A stretch of DNA of 51,905 nucleotides, from IMG/VR virus record IMGVR_UViG_3300021142_000042, positions 1 through 51,905 of that record. One strand, written 5' to 3'. Below the pieces are notes generated by a model. That model ran no database searches, was not told the origin of the DNA, and was given only the letters and a program-made list of their open reading frames with translations. Shown here in pieces: positions 28,190-37,309 of the stretch (positions within the stretch are counted from its first letter, which is position 1; each line of letters begins with the position of its first letter). Made by a program: the position numbers and the translations under genes. This stretch comes from a virus (taxonomy: Duplodnaviria > Caudoviricetes).

Positions 28190-28858
28190 ATGGGCGGGAT
28201 TTTCAGAAGTTCGGAAGATGCGGTCGTTCGAGTTCCGTATCCTGCGCTCGGAACTGATGCAAGCACGTACGAGACGACGTTTGCAAATTTGCGCTGTTAT
28301 GTGCGCGCAAACGACGGAACAAGCATTGCTTTCGGATTTCTCAACGCCCTGACCGGATGCACTGCTACGGACGAGTCGGCAATATGCGTACGGTTCGTCA
28401 TTCCCGCTGCCGCTATTGCTGGTGCCGGTTTGCAAGGCTCCTGTGCAATTGAGCTTTTTGTGGATGCCTCAGTGACGCAAACCGTCGTCGTCGTGCCGTT
28501 CCAATGGGGCGGCACCATCGATCTGCTGGCAGGCGGCGCTACAGCAGCAGAAGCCGTCGACACGCTGACCAAGGCTGGCGGACCCGGCGACCTCGCGGCA
28601 GTCAAGGCCGTGACAGACCTGTTGCCGAATGCTGGCGCGTTGACGGGAATTGCTGCTGACGCTCTCACGGGGGCGACGCAGGCCAACCTTGCCCGCAAAG
28701 CCCTGCTGAACGAGTGGGTGCCCAACAGCGCGACCACGCCGACCACGCTGACGCTCAACGACGACGGCGGAAGCCCGATGCTGACGCGCACGATCGCCAA
28801 CGCAAGCGCAACGGCGGTTAGCCCTGACCAAGTGCTGCACCTCGGCAAAGCCGTGTAG
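28190..28858 (+). CDS. Inserted gene: putative virion/fibre-like protein
   Basis: GAAGG RBS. The 5' half is visibly more AT-rich than its flanks. C-terminus LARKALLN..TLTLNDDGGSPMLT. Confidence 0.6.
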   Translation: MGGIFRSSEDAVVRVPYPALGTDASTYETTFANLRCYVRANDGTSIAFGFLNALTGCTATDESAICVRFVIPAAAIAGAGLQGSCAIELFVDASVTQTVVVVPFQWGGTIDLLAGGATAAEAVDTLTKAGGPGDLAAVKAVTDLLPNAGALTGIAADALTGATQANLARKALLNEWVPNSATTPTTLTLNDDGGSPMLTRTIANASATAVSPDQVLHLGKAV

Positions 28859-28866
28859 GGGGTGCC

Positions 28867-30150
28867 GTGATCTTCTCGCCGTTCCCGCTGTTTGCGACCC
28901 CGCCCGCCCCGCTTCCCGTTCGTTCGGTTGTGGACTCGTCCGTCTACATCCTGCAACTAGGGCGCGGTGGTGCGTTGGATCGCAGCAGCGTGACGCAAGA
29001 GGATCTGCGCCAGCCGTACGAGTCCTGGCAGTCCGTCGCGCAAGCCAGCGCAGGTTCCGCCGCGCTGTACATTGCGCCGCCGATTCTTCTGCCCGCAGGT
29101 TTCCGCACGACGCAGCCCGATCCCCTCGCCGCGCCGACGTGGCTTGTCCCGCTTTGCCTCGCTGGCAACACGCTGAACGCGTCCCTTCTCGTGTCCAGCG
29201 TTGAACTGCAACTGCGCTTCGACAATGCCCTGTGGCAGCCGGTTTTGATTTCAGGCTACACCCTGAACTACATGACGCCTCCCGCGCGCTGCAAGTCACG
29301 CACGGCGTTCAAGGACGTATCCGTGTACACGGGCGCGACCCACGATCCCGCTGGCAATACGATCCACGTCAACTGGAACACGAACGGCAGCGTCCCGCCG
29401 TCTGGCTGGTCCGCGTATCCATACATGGTCATCAACGCCGGAGTCCCGCAGCCGATTGCCTACCTGCTGATGCAGCGTCGCACGGGCACGGAAGCGGGAA
29501 CGTCGCTGTCCATGAAGTGGGCAATCACCCGCGCCAAGGTCAACGGCGAGGACATTAACGCGTACATCGCGCAGGAATCGGGGCAACCATCCTACCCGCA
29601 GCAGGATCTCGGCGACAACACGCAGGCTCAGCCGGTGGATTGGGCGCTGTCCACCCCGCTGATTGGCGACGGCAAGGCTCAATTGAAGTCGCGCGGCGTG
29701 TTCGCTGTGTTGCAGTCCTACGGCAAGGCAACGGCGGCACAAGTCGCAGGCTGGCCGGTTGGACCCTACGCCACGGTCACGACAAGCGATTTCAAGGACT
29801 TCTCCGCGCAGCAGATCGACTGGAGCAACGGCGATCCGCACGAGATCCAGAACATCGGAGCGCCTCGTTTTCGTATCGAGCCCAACGGCACGACGATTCC
29901 GACAAGCAAGACCGGCAACAACGTCGCGACGTGGGGCAGTTCCGCTACGCCGTCCGCTGGCAACATGCTGATCGACGATGCGGCGGTGGACACGATCGCG
30001 ACCTCTGAAGGCGTGCGCGGTGAACGCTTCCGCTCCATGCTGTTTGGGTGTATGAACAGCAACGGCGAGCAGTTGAAGGTGAGCAAGGTGCGCATCATCG
30101 TTCGTCAGGTTGGCGGATTGCGCCGTTCCGGTCGGCGGGGGCTGACATGA
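28867..30150 (+). CDS. Tail nozzle protein, C-terminal part
   Basis: Ends WALSTPLIGDG..LKSRGV...RGERFR...LKVSKVRIIVRQVGGLRR, like nozzle C-termini. Same reading frame as 26692-28149. Confidence 0.6.
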   Translation: MIFSPFPLFATPPAPLPVRSVVDSSVYILQLGRGGALDRSSVTQEDLRQPYESWQSVAQASAGSAALYIAPPILLPAGFRTTQPDPLAAPTWLVPLCLAGNTLNASLLVSSVELQLRFDNALWQPVLISGYTLNYMTPPARCKSRTAFKDVSVYTGATHDPAGNTIHVNWNTNGSVPPSGWSAYPYMVINAGVPQPIAYLLMQRRTGTEAGTSLSMKWAITRAKVNGEDINAYIAQESGQPSYPQQDLGDNTQAQPVDWALSTPLIGDGKAQLKSRGVFAVLQSYGKATAAQVAGWPVGPYATVTTSDFKDFSAQQIDWSNGDPHEIQNIGAPRFRIEPNGTTIPTSKTGNNVATWGSSATPSAGNMLIDDAAVDTIATSEGVRGERFRSMLFGCMNSNGEQLKVSKVRIIVRQVGGLRRSGRRGLT

Positions 30151-30626
30151 GCAGTGAAATCCTCTTTCCGCAGAACGCAGGCGACACGCTCAACTTCGCC
30201 GCGCGTAAGCAGACGCAGGACACGGTGACGAATCAACGCCTCGTTCCTCCGGGGTCGCTTGTGGACTCGCACCCGACGCGAAACAACTACGCCCTGATGC
30301 CGGGGCATTACGGCACCTACGTCGGCAAGTTGCCCTCAGTCATGCAAGGCGCCCCCGGCACGACGTTCGGCGTCGGCAACTATCACGCGGTTGTCCAGGC
30401 GCAGACGGTCCAGCACACGGAAGCGGTCACGGTGCATCCGACCGCGCAAGGGCAGTGGCTCAACAGCCAATTTGCGGCGGTCACGGTCAAGGCGGGCGGC
30501 AAGGCAAAGTACATGGGCTGTCGCTTCTCCGGTGTGCTGGACAACAGCGCGGGCGTTGCAGCAGACGTGCAATGCGTCGGCTGCTTCTTTGACGTTCCGC
30601 CCGTCAACGTGACGGTGATCGCATGA
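30147..30626 (+). CDS. Tail-associated protein with beta-helix-like C-terminus
   Basis: ATGA coupling. NSQF..GCRF..GCFF repeats. Confidence 0.6.
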   Translation: MSSEILFPQNAGDTLNFAARKQTQDTVTNQRLVPPGSLVDSHPTRNNYALMPGHYGTYVGKLPSVMQGAPGTTFGVGNYHAVVQAQTVQHTEAVTVHPTAQGQWLNSQFAAVTVKAGGKAKYMGCRFSGVLDNSAGVAADVQCVGCFFDVPPVNVTVIA

Positions 30627-31507
30627 CCAAATCCGCGCGCATCGCCCCGAATCAGTTTGCGGCAGGGCTGGACATTTCAGCGACTCGCATGCAGGCGGAT
30701 CTCGTCGCGCTGGCGAATCGGCTGAACGTGCCGTTGCCTGCCGACATTGCGCGGCGCTGGGTCGAGACGCACATGGTCGCGGGCTTTCTGCCCAACACCT
30801 ACGGCGTGCCTGCGAACGCAGAGCCGATCCCGCAAGCGTTGCCGTGGATGGGCGCGTACAACTCGCTTGCATCGACTTCCGCCCCTGCACCCGCTGCCGC
30901 TGACATTGCGAACCCGTGGCGCGCGAAGTCCACGTCGCAGGTTGGAATCCAGCCTTCGCAGACAGAAGGCGGCGACATCCTCTCGTGGGAATGCGCGTGG
31001 TCGCAGACTGAGCCATGCCTGCTCGATAGCGTGCAAATCACGCTGGCAACCGACGACTTCCACGTCAACCCGTTCCTGTGGGGCGCAGACGGCGCGCACG
31101 GCGGCGGTGTCGCTGGCAATCCAGTCAACAACATCACGCTTCAGGTGCTCGTGGACTCGGCGCTGGCGACTGAGAATCGCGCGGCGTCGTTGATGCCGGT
31201 CCTGCTGCGCTCGTTCACGGCGGCTCAGTTCTGGATCACGCAGCCGACTGCGCCCATGAACACGACGGCAGACACGATGCAGCCGCCTCCCAGCGCAACC
31301 ACGGTTGTCCCTGCGGGGATCTGCCTGCGCGTGTTCCCTCGCCAGCCAATCCCTGAGAATGCACGCGTGCGGCTGATTCTGAGCCTGCCGCAGTACAGCA
31401 GCAACGTGGGCGATTGGCCGTACGTGGACTGGTTCGGCTATCACCCGTGGCAGAAGCAAGTCATGTCGTCGCACGTCACGATCCTTTGCCCGGCGGTGTC
31501 TCAATGA
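30623..31507 (+). CDS. Tail appendage/structural protein
   Basis: Coupled gene. N-terminal F.AG..ISATRM helix followed by a beta-sandwich-like region. Confidence 0.6.
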   Translation: MTKSARIAPNQFAAGLDISATRMQADLVALANRLNVPLPADIARRWVETHMVAGFLPNTYGVPANAEPIPQALPWMGAYNSLASTSAPAPAAADIANPWRAKSTSQVGIQPSQTEGGDILSWECAWSQTEPCLLDSVQITLATDDFHVNPFLWGADGAHGGGVAGNPVNNITLQVLVDSALATENRAASLMPVLLRSFTAAQFWITQPTAPMNTTADTMQPPPSATTVVPAGICLRVFPRQPIPENARVRLILSLPQYSSNVGDWPYVDWFGYHPWQKQVMSSHVTILCPAVSQ

Positions 31508-33975
31508 GCAACAGCGATCCGCAGTTCACCGTCCGCAGTTTCCCGCGTGGGGTCAAACTCACGTCGCAGGCTGTGTGGAATCCCGCGCAGGACATGGCCA
31601 CGGCGCTGTCCAACGCCGCCGTCACGGGGCAACCGCAACTCGTGCCGTTCAAGCAGTCGTGGACCTTCACGATGGACTCGGAAACGTTCGGCGCCGATCC
31701 CGCAGGACTCGCGCCCAACCAACTGCCGCGCGTGACGCTGCCGATGATCTTCCCGCCTCCGCAGACGGTGTTTGACGCGACAACGCAAGCCTACACGTCT
31801 GCGCCGCGCCTGACTGAACTGTGCGTGTCGATGGACCAGCGTGCAAACCCGTACGGCATCACCGACGAGTGGACCGTTTGGCCGGTGGAGACCCCCGATC
31901 GCCCGACGACGCCGTTTCCGGGCTATCTGACCGACGCGGATATGAGCCGCTACGACACGGTGCTGACGCTGATCCAGAAAGTGCCGACGTGCTTTGACGT
32001 GAACGGCAACAGCGTCGAGTACCAGGAAGTGCTGACGTTGACGCTGCCGGGCTTGGCGCTGTTTGGCACTCCCGGATTCAACCCGTACGTGGTCGATGGG
32101 CTGTCGCAGTACATCAACCCCTACGGCGTCTACTACTGGCTTGTCTCGGTTCCCGGACTCGCAGGCTTGACTGGTCCTGACGTAGAGCAACACAGCGCGT
32201 TGATCGTCACGGGAACGCCTGCGGGCGGCACGTCGCAGCAGTACGATTGCAAGTTGCATCTCGTGGCGGCTGTCACAGGCGGCAATACGTTCACTCTTGG
32301 CACGACGGGCGGCGGTCCGTACGTCTTCGTTGCCAGCATCACGGACGGTCAGCAGGACATCGTGAGCGGACTGCTCGCGCTGGCGGCAGGCAACACGCTG
32401 TGGAACTTCACGGACGGCGGCAACTACAACGGCGGCTATGTGCCTCCGGGTACGGGGCACATCATCGCGACGTATAAGACGGTGGGACCGACTGCTGACA
32501 CCGTGACCGCAGCGTTGAGTAACGTGGCGGATGGCACGTTCACCGCGACCGCTGGACCCGCAGGCACTACTGCCAACACGCTCGCAGTCAACGACGGCAC
32601 GCACACCTACACCTACGTCCTCCAAGCGGGCGATACGCTGGCAACGGCGTCTGCGGGACTCGCTGCGGCAATCAACAACAACAACGGCTACACGGCGCTG
32701 TACGCGAACAACGTCATCTCGGTCAGCAACCTGCCTGGAGTCGCATTTGCGTTCACGGACACGTCCAGCAACTCCGCGCATGCGCTGTCGCCCTGTTACA
32801 TCTTCTTTGAGATTGCCTACGCGCTGCTGGCAATGCCCAACTTCAACCTGACTTGCATGTTCAAGTACCCGTTGGAGCCGCGCGACTTCTCGGCAAGCAC
32901 GACGCCGACTGTTGACCCGTACTTGCAGAACGTGCCGACGAAGCATCTCGGACAGCCGCAGACCGGCACGCTGGCGTTGCCGACGCAGCCCGCAGGAAAC
33001 GCTCTCATTACCGGCGACGACGTGCAAACGGTCGTGACGGACTTGGAAGCGCCGATTCTCGACAAGTTGCGCGCGGGTTACGGCCGCGACCCCGGCAGCG
33101 AGGCTGACACGTTCCCGTGGGAGCAGTTGTCGGCAGACGCGGGCTATCAGGCGATCAACGTGCAGATGTTCCCGAATTGGTGGGACGTGCGCGGCAGTAG
33201 CATCAACCCGACTGGCAGCGGTCCAAAGCCTTGGCGCCCTGAAGGCGTCGGGTTCCCGTACCTCTCCGGCAGCCCGCCTTATCAGAACCCGGTTTGCGAC
33301 CAGCGCATCATCCGCGTGCCGACTGGCTTCGTGTTGCATCACGTCGTAGTCGCGCAGAACGGGTTTCCGTACCCGAAGAATCGCGTCTTCAGCCAAGGCG
33401 CGCAGTGGGGCAATCTGTTCACGACGGCGACGTTGACGCATCGCGTTGGCGTGGCGCTGTACAACGGGCTCTCTGCTGACGACCAGTCGTTTCAGCAGGT
33501 CGCGTTCATGCAGTGGACCGACACGACGGGCGCGCATTCGTACGCTCCCTATCTCGTGGACCGCCTGAAACTGGACCAGACGCACGCCAACATGCTTCTG
33601 CTCAACTGCCCGCTCGTGTGGCCCAACACGGCAAACGGCGGGAAGTCCTACGGCGGTACAGGCGTCGGCACGGGAAAACCGTTCTGGATGGGCGCGGGCA
33701 ACTCGACGACGCAGGGGCGCACGCAAGCCGGTCAAATGCCCGCCAACTTCGGCGGTGGCGCAATGGTCAACCCGTCCACAAGCGGCGGCGAGAATCTGCT
33801 GATCCTGCGGTGGTCGATTCAAGACGCGGCAACCTTTGGGCTCGCTGGCAATCCCGAAACGGTTTTGACCGGACCGGGCGGCCACCACATCATCCTGATC
33901 GGTAAGCAATCGACAGTTGGCGCGGATGTCAATGGTAAGGTAGTATCGGGCAACGCCGCGATCGGCGGATGGTAG
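31504..33975 (+). CDS. Large tail appendage protein with inserted sheath/flagellin-like modules
   Basis: ATG 31504. Gly/Thr-rich insert at about 32180-32800 (AGDTLATASAGLAAAIN) resembles 43181-44479. Confidence 0.65.
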   Translation: MSNSDPQFTVRSFPRGVKLTSQAVWNPAQDMATALSNAAVTGQPQLVPFKQSWTFTMDSETFGADPAGLAPNQLPRVTLPMIFPPPQTVFDATTQAYTSAPRLTELCVSMDQRANPYGITDEWTVWPVETPDRPTTPFPGYLTDADMSRYDTVLTLIQKVPTCFDVNGNSVEYQEVLTLTLPGLALFGTPGFNPYVVDGLSQYINPYGVYYWLVSVPGLAGLTGPDVEQHSALIVTGTPAGGTSQQYDCKLHLVAAVTGGNTFTLGTTGGGPYVFVASITDGQQDIVSGLLALAAGNTLWNFTDGGNYNGGYVPPGTGHIIATYKTVGPTADTVTAALSNVADGTFTATAGPAGTTANTLAVNDGTHTYTYVLQAGDTLATASAGLAAAINNNNGYTALYANNVISVSNLPGVAFAFTDTSSNSAHALSPCYIFFEIAYALLAMPNFNLTCMFKYPLEPRDFSASTTPTVDPYLQNVPTKHLGQPQTGTLALPTQPAGNALITGDDVQTVVTDLEAPILDKLRAGYGRDPGSEADTFPWEQLSADAGYQAINVQMFPNWWDVRGSSINPTGSGPKPWRPEGVGFPYLSGSPPYQNPVCDQRIIRVPTGFVLHHVVVAQNGFPYPKNRVFSQGAQWGNLFTTATLTHRVGVALYNGLSADDQSFQQVAFMQWTDTTGAHSYAPYLVDRLKLDQTHANMLLLNCPLVWPNTANGGKSYGGTGVGTGKPFWMGAGNSTTQGRTQAGQMPANFGGGAMVNPSTSGGENLLILRWSIQDAATFGLAGNPETVLTGPGGHHIILIGKQSTVGADVNGKVVSGNAAIGGW

Positions 33976-33994
33976 TAGGACTCGGAGGAACGTC

Positions 33995-34669
33995 ATGGCA
34001 ATCGACCCGACCACTGGAATGCCCGACACCGGCAAGCCGACGCCTACGACGGGCGCGGGCGCGTTTGGCGCTGCTCAGAACGATTGGCAGACCGGCTACA
34101 ACGCGCTTGGCAACCAGCAGAAGATCGCGGGTCAGACCGGCGACCTGTGGAACACGATTCAAACCACGCAGCAGGCGCAGACTCAGCAGGGCTTGGACGC
34201 AATGAAGCGGCAAGCGGCGCAGGCTCTGTACGCCAATCGTGGCAGCCTGGGCGGTGGCGGCGGACTCGCGGCGGCGCAGCAGGCGAATCAGGCGAACGCT
34301 CAGAACGTTGGCGCGTTCACGACCGCTGCAAACGCACAATCGGCGCAGACGGCAGCGCAAGGTCAACAGGCGCAACTCGGCGCACAGGGGCAGATCGCTC
34401 AGGCTGCGGGGAATCAGTACAAAATGATCCAAGATCAGCAGCAGCGCCAGACCCGCGTCAATCAGGCTCTGGACTCGGCGCGCTCGATCATGGCGCGCTA
34501 CTCCGGGACACTTTTCACAACCGCTGGCGACAAGCAGAAGGCGGCCAACGCGATCCAGCAGGAAGTGCTGAAAACCGAGAGCGACCCCGCCGTCATTGAC
34601 GCCGTGCAGCAGTACGTCAACGGGCTGTTGAACGGATCTGAGTCCAGCCCCGGCAGCATCAACACTTAG
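33995..34669 (+). CDS. Internal virion / ejection protein (Gln/Ala-rich)
   Basis: GGAGG RBS. Q/A-rich helical sequence with RG..GGG motif. Confidence 0.6.
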   Translation: MAIDPTTGMPDTGKPTPTTGAGAFGAAQNDWQTGYNALGNQQKIAGQTGDLWNTIQTTQQAQTQQGLDAMKRQAAQALYANRGSLGGGGGLAAAQQANQANAQNVGAFTTAANAQSAQTAAQGQQAQLGAQGQIAQAAGNQYKMIQDQQQRQTRVNQALDSARSIMARYSGTLFTTAGDKQKAANAIQQEVLKTESDPAVIDAVQQYVNGLLNGSESSPGSINT

Positions 34670-34678
34670 GAGTCCCAC

Positions 34679-37306
34679 ATGGCGCGCGTTCGTGTTGATC
34701 AAAACGATGTTGCCTCTGCCGTCGATGCGTTCCGTCCGGGCGGCAGCGCTACGCCTTTGGGCGCGGATCGCGACTATCCGGGACACCAGCATTTCAACTT
34801 GTCGCAGGGTATCGACTTTGCGACGAACACGGTCTACCCGATTGCGGGCAAGGTCGCAAAGTTGGTTGCGGGCTTGGGTCACAACATCGGCAACGCGGTG
34901 TCTGACGCGCAGGGCGCTGAACGCGGCGCGACTGCTGGACCGGACCTGACGGCGCTGCGTGCGGCTGCGGCGGAGCGGATTCGCCAGAAGTATGCGCAGG
35001 AGCGTGGTGTGCCCGTCGCGGCCGCTCCCGTTGCACCTCGCGGGAACGGCATTGCAATCGCAGATCAGAGCAACCCGTATGAGCAGCGGATGCGCCAAGT
35101 TGCCGCCGATGAGCGGGTTGCGCGCGAACAGTCGCCCGGTCAGATGCCGAATGATCCAGCGGCGCAACTGCGTTGGGCGCAAGATCCAGCCGCACAGCGC
35201 GCGTGGTCTGCGCAGCATCCGGCTCCGGCAGGAATGCCGCTCGCACCGATGCACGAAGCGCCCATGCACCCCGACGTGCAGGACATTCACGACCGCGTGT
35301 TTGACCCGCATCGCCCACACATCGCTGAAGATGACTTGAAGCGCTACACGGAACTGCGCAAGTCTTTGGCAAAGGCGCGCACGCCAGCAGAAGGCGCGGC
35401 GATCCATGCTGAGATGCAGTTGCTTCAAGAGAAGATCACGAACGGTCCGGAACGCCAGCCGTCGACCACGCCGCAAGGCGCTCGCCCGCAAGACGCGCAA
35501 CTCGCGACCCCGCCTACGCCGCAGAACCCGATGGGCACGCCAGACGCCGCCGCAACCGCTGCGTATCGCGCGCAACAGGCGGCACCTACCGTGAAGATGG
35601 TTCAGACGCCCAAAGGCATGTTGCCCGCGACTCGCATCGACCAGAACCGCGTCATGCTGCACGACCCGTCTACTGACGAGTTTGTGATTGTGACGCGCAA
35701 CCCTGACGGCACGAAGCGCACGCAGTTGTTGACCGGCGCACAGGCAAACGCGCTGCTGAGTGCGGAGGAGCGCGCACAGTACAAGCCGGAGCAGGCTGCA
35801 CAGCACGCCGCCCCCGCGCCGGTTCCGCCAGCTGCCGCATCAACGATGGATCTAACGCTCGCCGGTCGCAAGGATGAAATCGAGCGTCGGATCGACGAAC
35901 TCTATCGTCAGCGCGGACGGATGGAGCCGCAGCAAATGGCAGAGTTCAACGATCTGCGGGAAGAACTGGATGCGCTGAATCAGGAGCCTGCCCCTCGTGC
36001 GCCCGCTTCTCAGAATGCTCCACAAGCCCCGCAAATCGCGGAGACGCCCGCCACAGCGCAACCTGCCGCGCCCGCCACAGCGCAACCTGCCGCGCCCGCC
36101 ACAGCGCAACCTGCTGCGTCTGTCGCAGAACCTGCCGCTACAGCGCCTGCAAAGGCCGAAACGCCCGCAGAAGAAGCGCCCGCGACGGATTTGAACGCCC
36201 GCTTGATGCAGTTGGCTGCCAAGGCGCGCGCTGGCACGATGACGGCGGAAGATCACCGCGAGTCGCAGTTGCTGATGCAGCACTACAACGCGATGCGCCC
36301 TTCGCCGGCGCCCGTTGCCGCGCCGCAGCGCATGAACCAAGAGCAGATGATTCTTGCCGCCGCTGCTGCCGACACGCCGGAAAAGAAAGCCGCGCTTGCC
36401 AGGCAGATCGACAACGCTGGCGTGTACAGCGACGACCTGTTTGACCTCGTAACGGGTTCGCACGACGCACGGGCGAAGTTTGCGCAGCACCTGGCTTCGA
36501 CCATGCCGCACGCGCAGCCGCATCAAGCGCAGACGCCGGAACAAGCCGCGCACTTGGTGGCTCAGACGGGCTTGGCGGAAGCGCAGCGGGACTACTACAA
36601 GAACGCCAAGACGCCGGACGTGGCTGCGGATAATGCGCGCGAGGACAAAAAGCGGACGGATCGCGTTGCTGCTGAAGAAGCGAAACTGAAAGAGCGCGCC
36701 GCTGAGGCCACTGGCAAGCAGACCGTCGCACAGGGCAGGCTTGACCAGCAGAAAGTCAAGGACACGGCGGAAGCCACCTACAAGGCTGCCAAGACCACGA
36801 TTGCCAAGGATTCGTTTGCGCTCAAAACCAAGATCGAGGAGTTGAAAAAGAAACTTGGCTACTACGACCCGCGTCTGCACAAGGGAAACACGACCACGAT
36901 CAACGTTGGGCGCGATTCCGTTGCGGCTGGGCGCGAGTTGGTAGACGCGGCTGACAAGGTTCTGCACCTGCACGCTGCGACGGTCGCGGACATTCACAAG
37001 AAGGCCGCGGAACTGGAATCGACCGAACCCGCAAAGCCCGGCAAGTTGCTCTCTGAAATGACGGATAAAGAACGCGACAACCTGACCTTCGCGGAAGTTG
37101 AACAGGAAGCCAAGAAAGAAGCCACGCACAACGAAAAAATGCAGCTTTGGCGCGACAATCAAGCGAAGAAATCCGCCTTGGATGCGGTGCTGCAACAGCT
37201 TGAAAAAGACGCGAACGATCCCGCGTCTGACGTTGGCGAGGCCCGCAACGCCCGTAAAGACGGCTTGCGCCTGATTCAACACGGCGCCCCCAAGGCAAAG
37301 AAGTAG
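34679..37306 (+). CDS. Internal virion / ejection protein (875 aa)
   Basis: Ala/Pro/Gln-rich and coiled coil; position matches podovirus ejection genes. Confidence 0.55.
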   Translation: MARVRVDQNDVASAVDAFRPGGSATPLGADRDYPGHQHFNLSQGIDFATNTVYPIAGKVAKLVAGLGHNIGNAVSDAQGAERGATAGPDLTALRAAAAERIRQKYAQERGVPVAAAPVAPRGNGIAIADQSNPYEQRMRQVAADERVAREQSPGQMPNDPAAQLRWAQDPAAQRAWSAQHPAPAGMPLAPMHEAPMHPDVQDIHDRVFDPHRPHIAEDDLKRYTELRKSLAKARTPAEGAAIHAEMQLLQEKITNGPERQPSTTPQGARPQDAQLATPPTPQNPMGTPDAAATAAYRAQQAAPTVKMVQTPKGMLPATRIDQNRVMLHDPSTDEFVIVTRNPDGTKRTQLLTGAQANALLSAEERAQYKPEQAAQHAAPAPVPPAAASTMDLTLAGRKDEIERRIDELYRQRGRMEPQQMAEFNDLREELDALNQEPAPRAPASQNAPQAPQIAETPATAQPAAPATAQPAAPATAQPAASVAEPAATAPAKAETPAEEAPATDLNARLMQLAAKARAGTMTAEDHRESQLLMQHYNAMRPSPAPVAAPQRMNQEQMILAAAAADTPEKKAALARQIDNAGVYSDDLFDLVTGSHDARAKFAQHLASTMPHAQPHQAQTPEQAAHLVAQTGLAEAQRDYYKNAKTPDVAADNAREDKKRTDRVAAEEAKLKERAAEATGKQTVAQGRLDQQKVKDTAEATYKAAKTTIAKDSFALKTKIEELKKKLGYYDPRLHKGNTTTINVGRDSVAAGRELVDAADKVLHLHAATVADIHKKAAELESTEPAKPGKLLSEMTDKERDNLTFAEVEQEAKKEATHNEKMQLWRDNQAKKSALDAVLQQLEKDANDPASDVGEARNARKDGLRLIQHGAPKAKK
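36047..36118 (+). repeat. 24-bp coding tandem repeat x3 (PATAQPAA)
   Basis: cccgccacagcgcaacctgccgcg repeated three times with one mismatch. Confidence 0.9.
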
Positions 37307-37309
37307 CCG

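Noticed and set aside
28147-28257. Stop-codon readthrough or TAG recoding joining the nozzle halves
   Set aside because: The frame has TAG (28147), TAG (28162) and TGA (28255), and TAG ends several genes cleanly elsewhere.
28150-28900. Group I/II intron or IS element
   Set aside because: I recognised no intron core or end motifs, transposase, homing endonuclease or terminal inverted repeats. A covariance-model search is still needed to exclude this fully.
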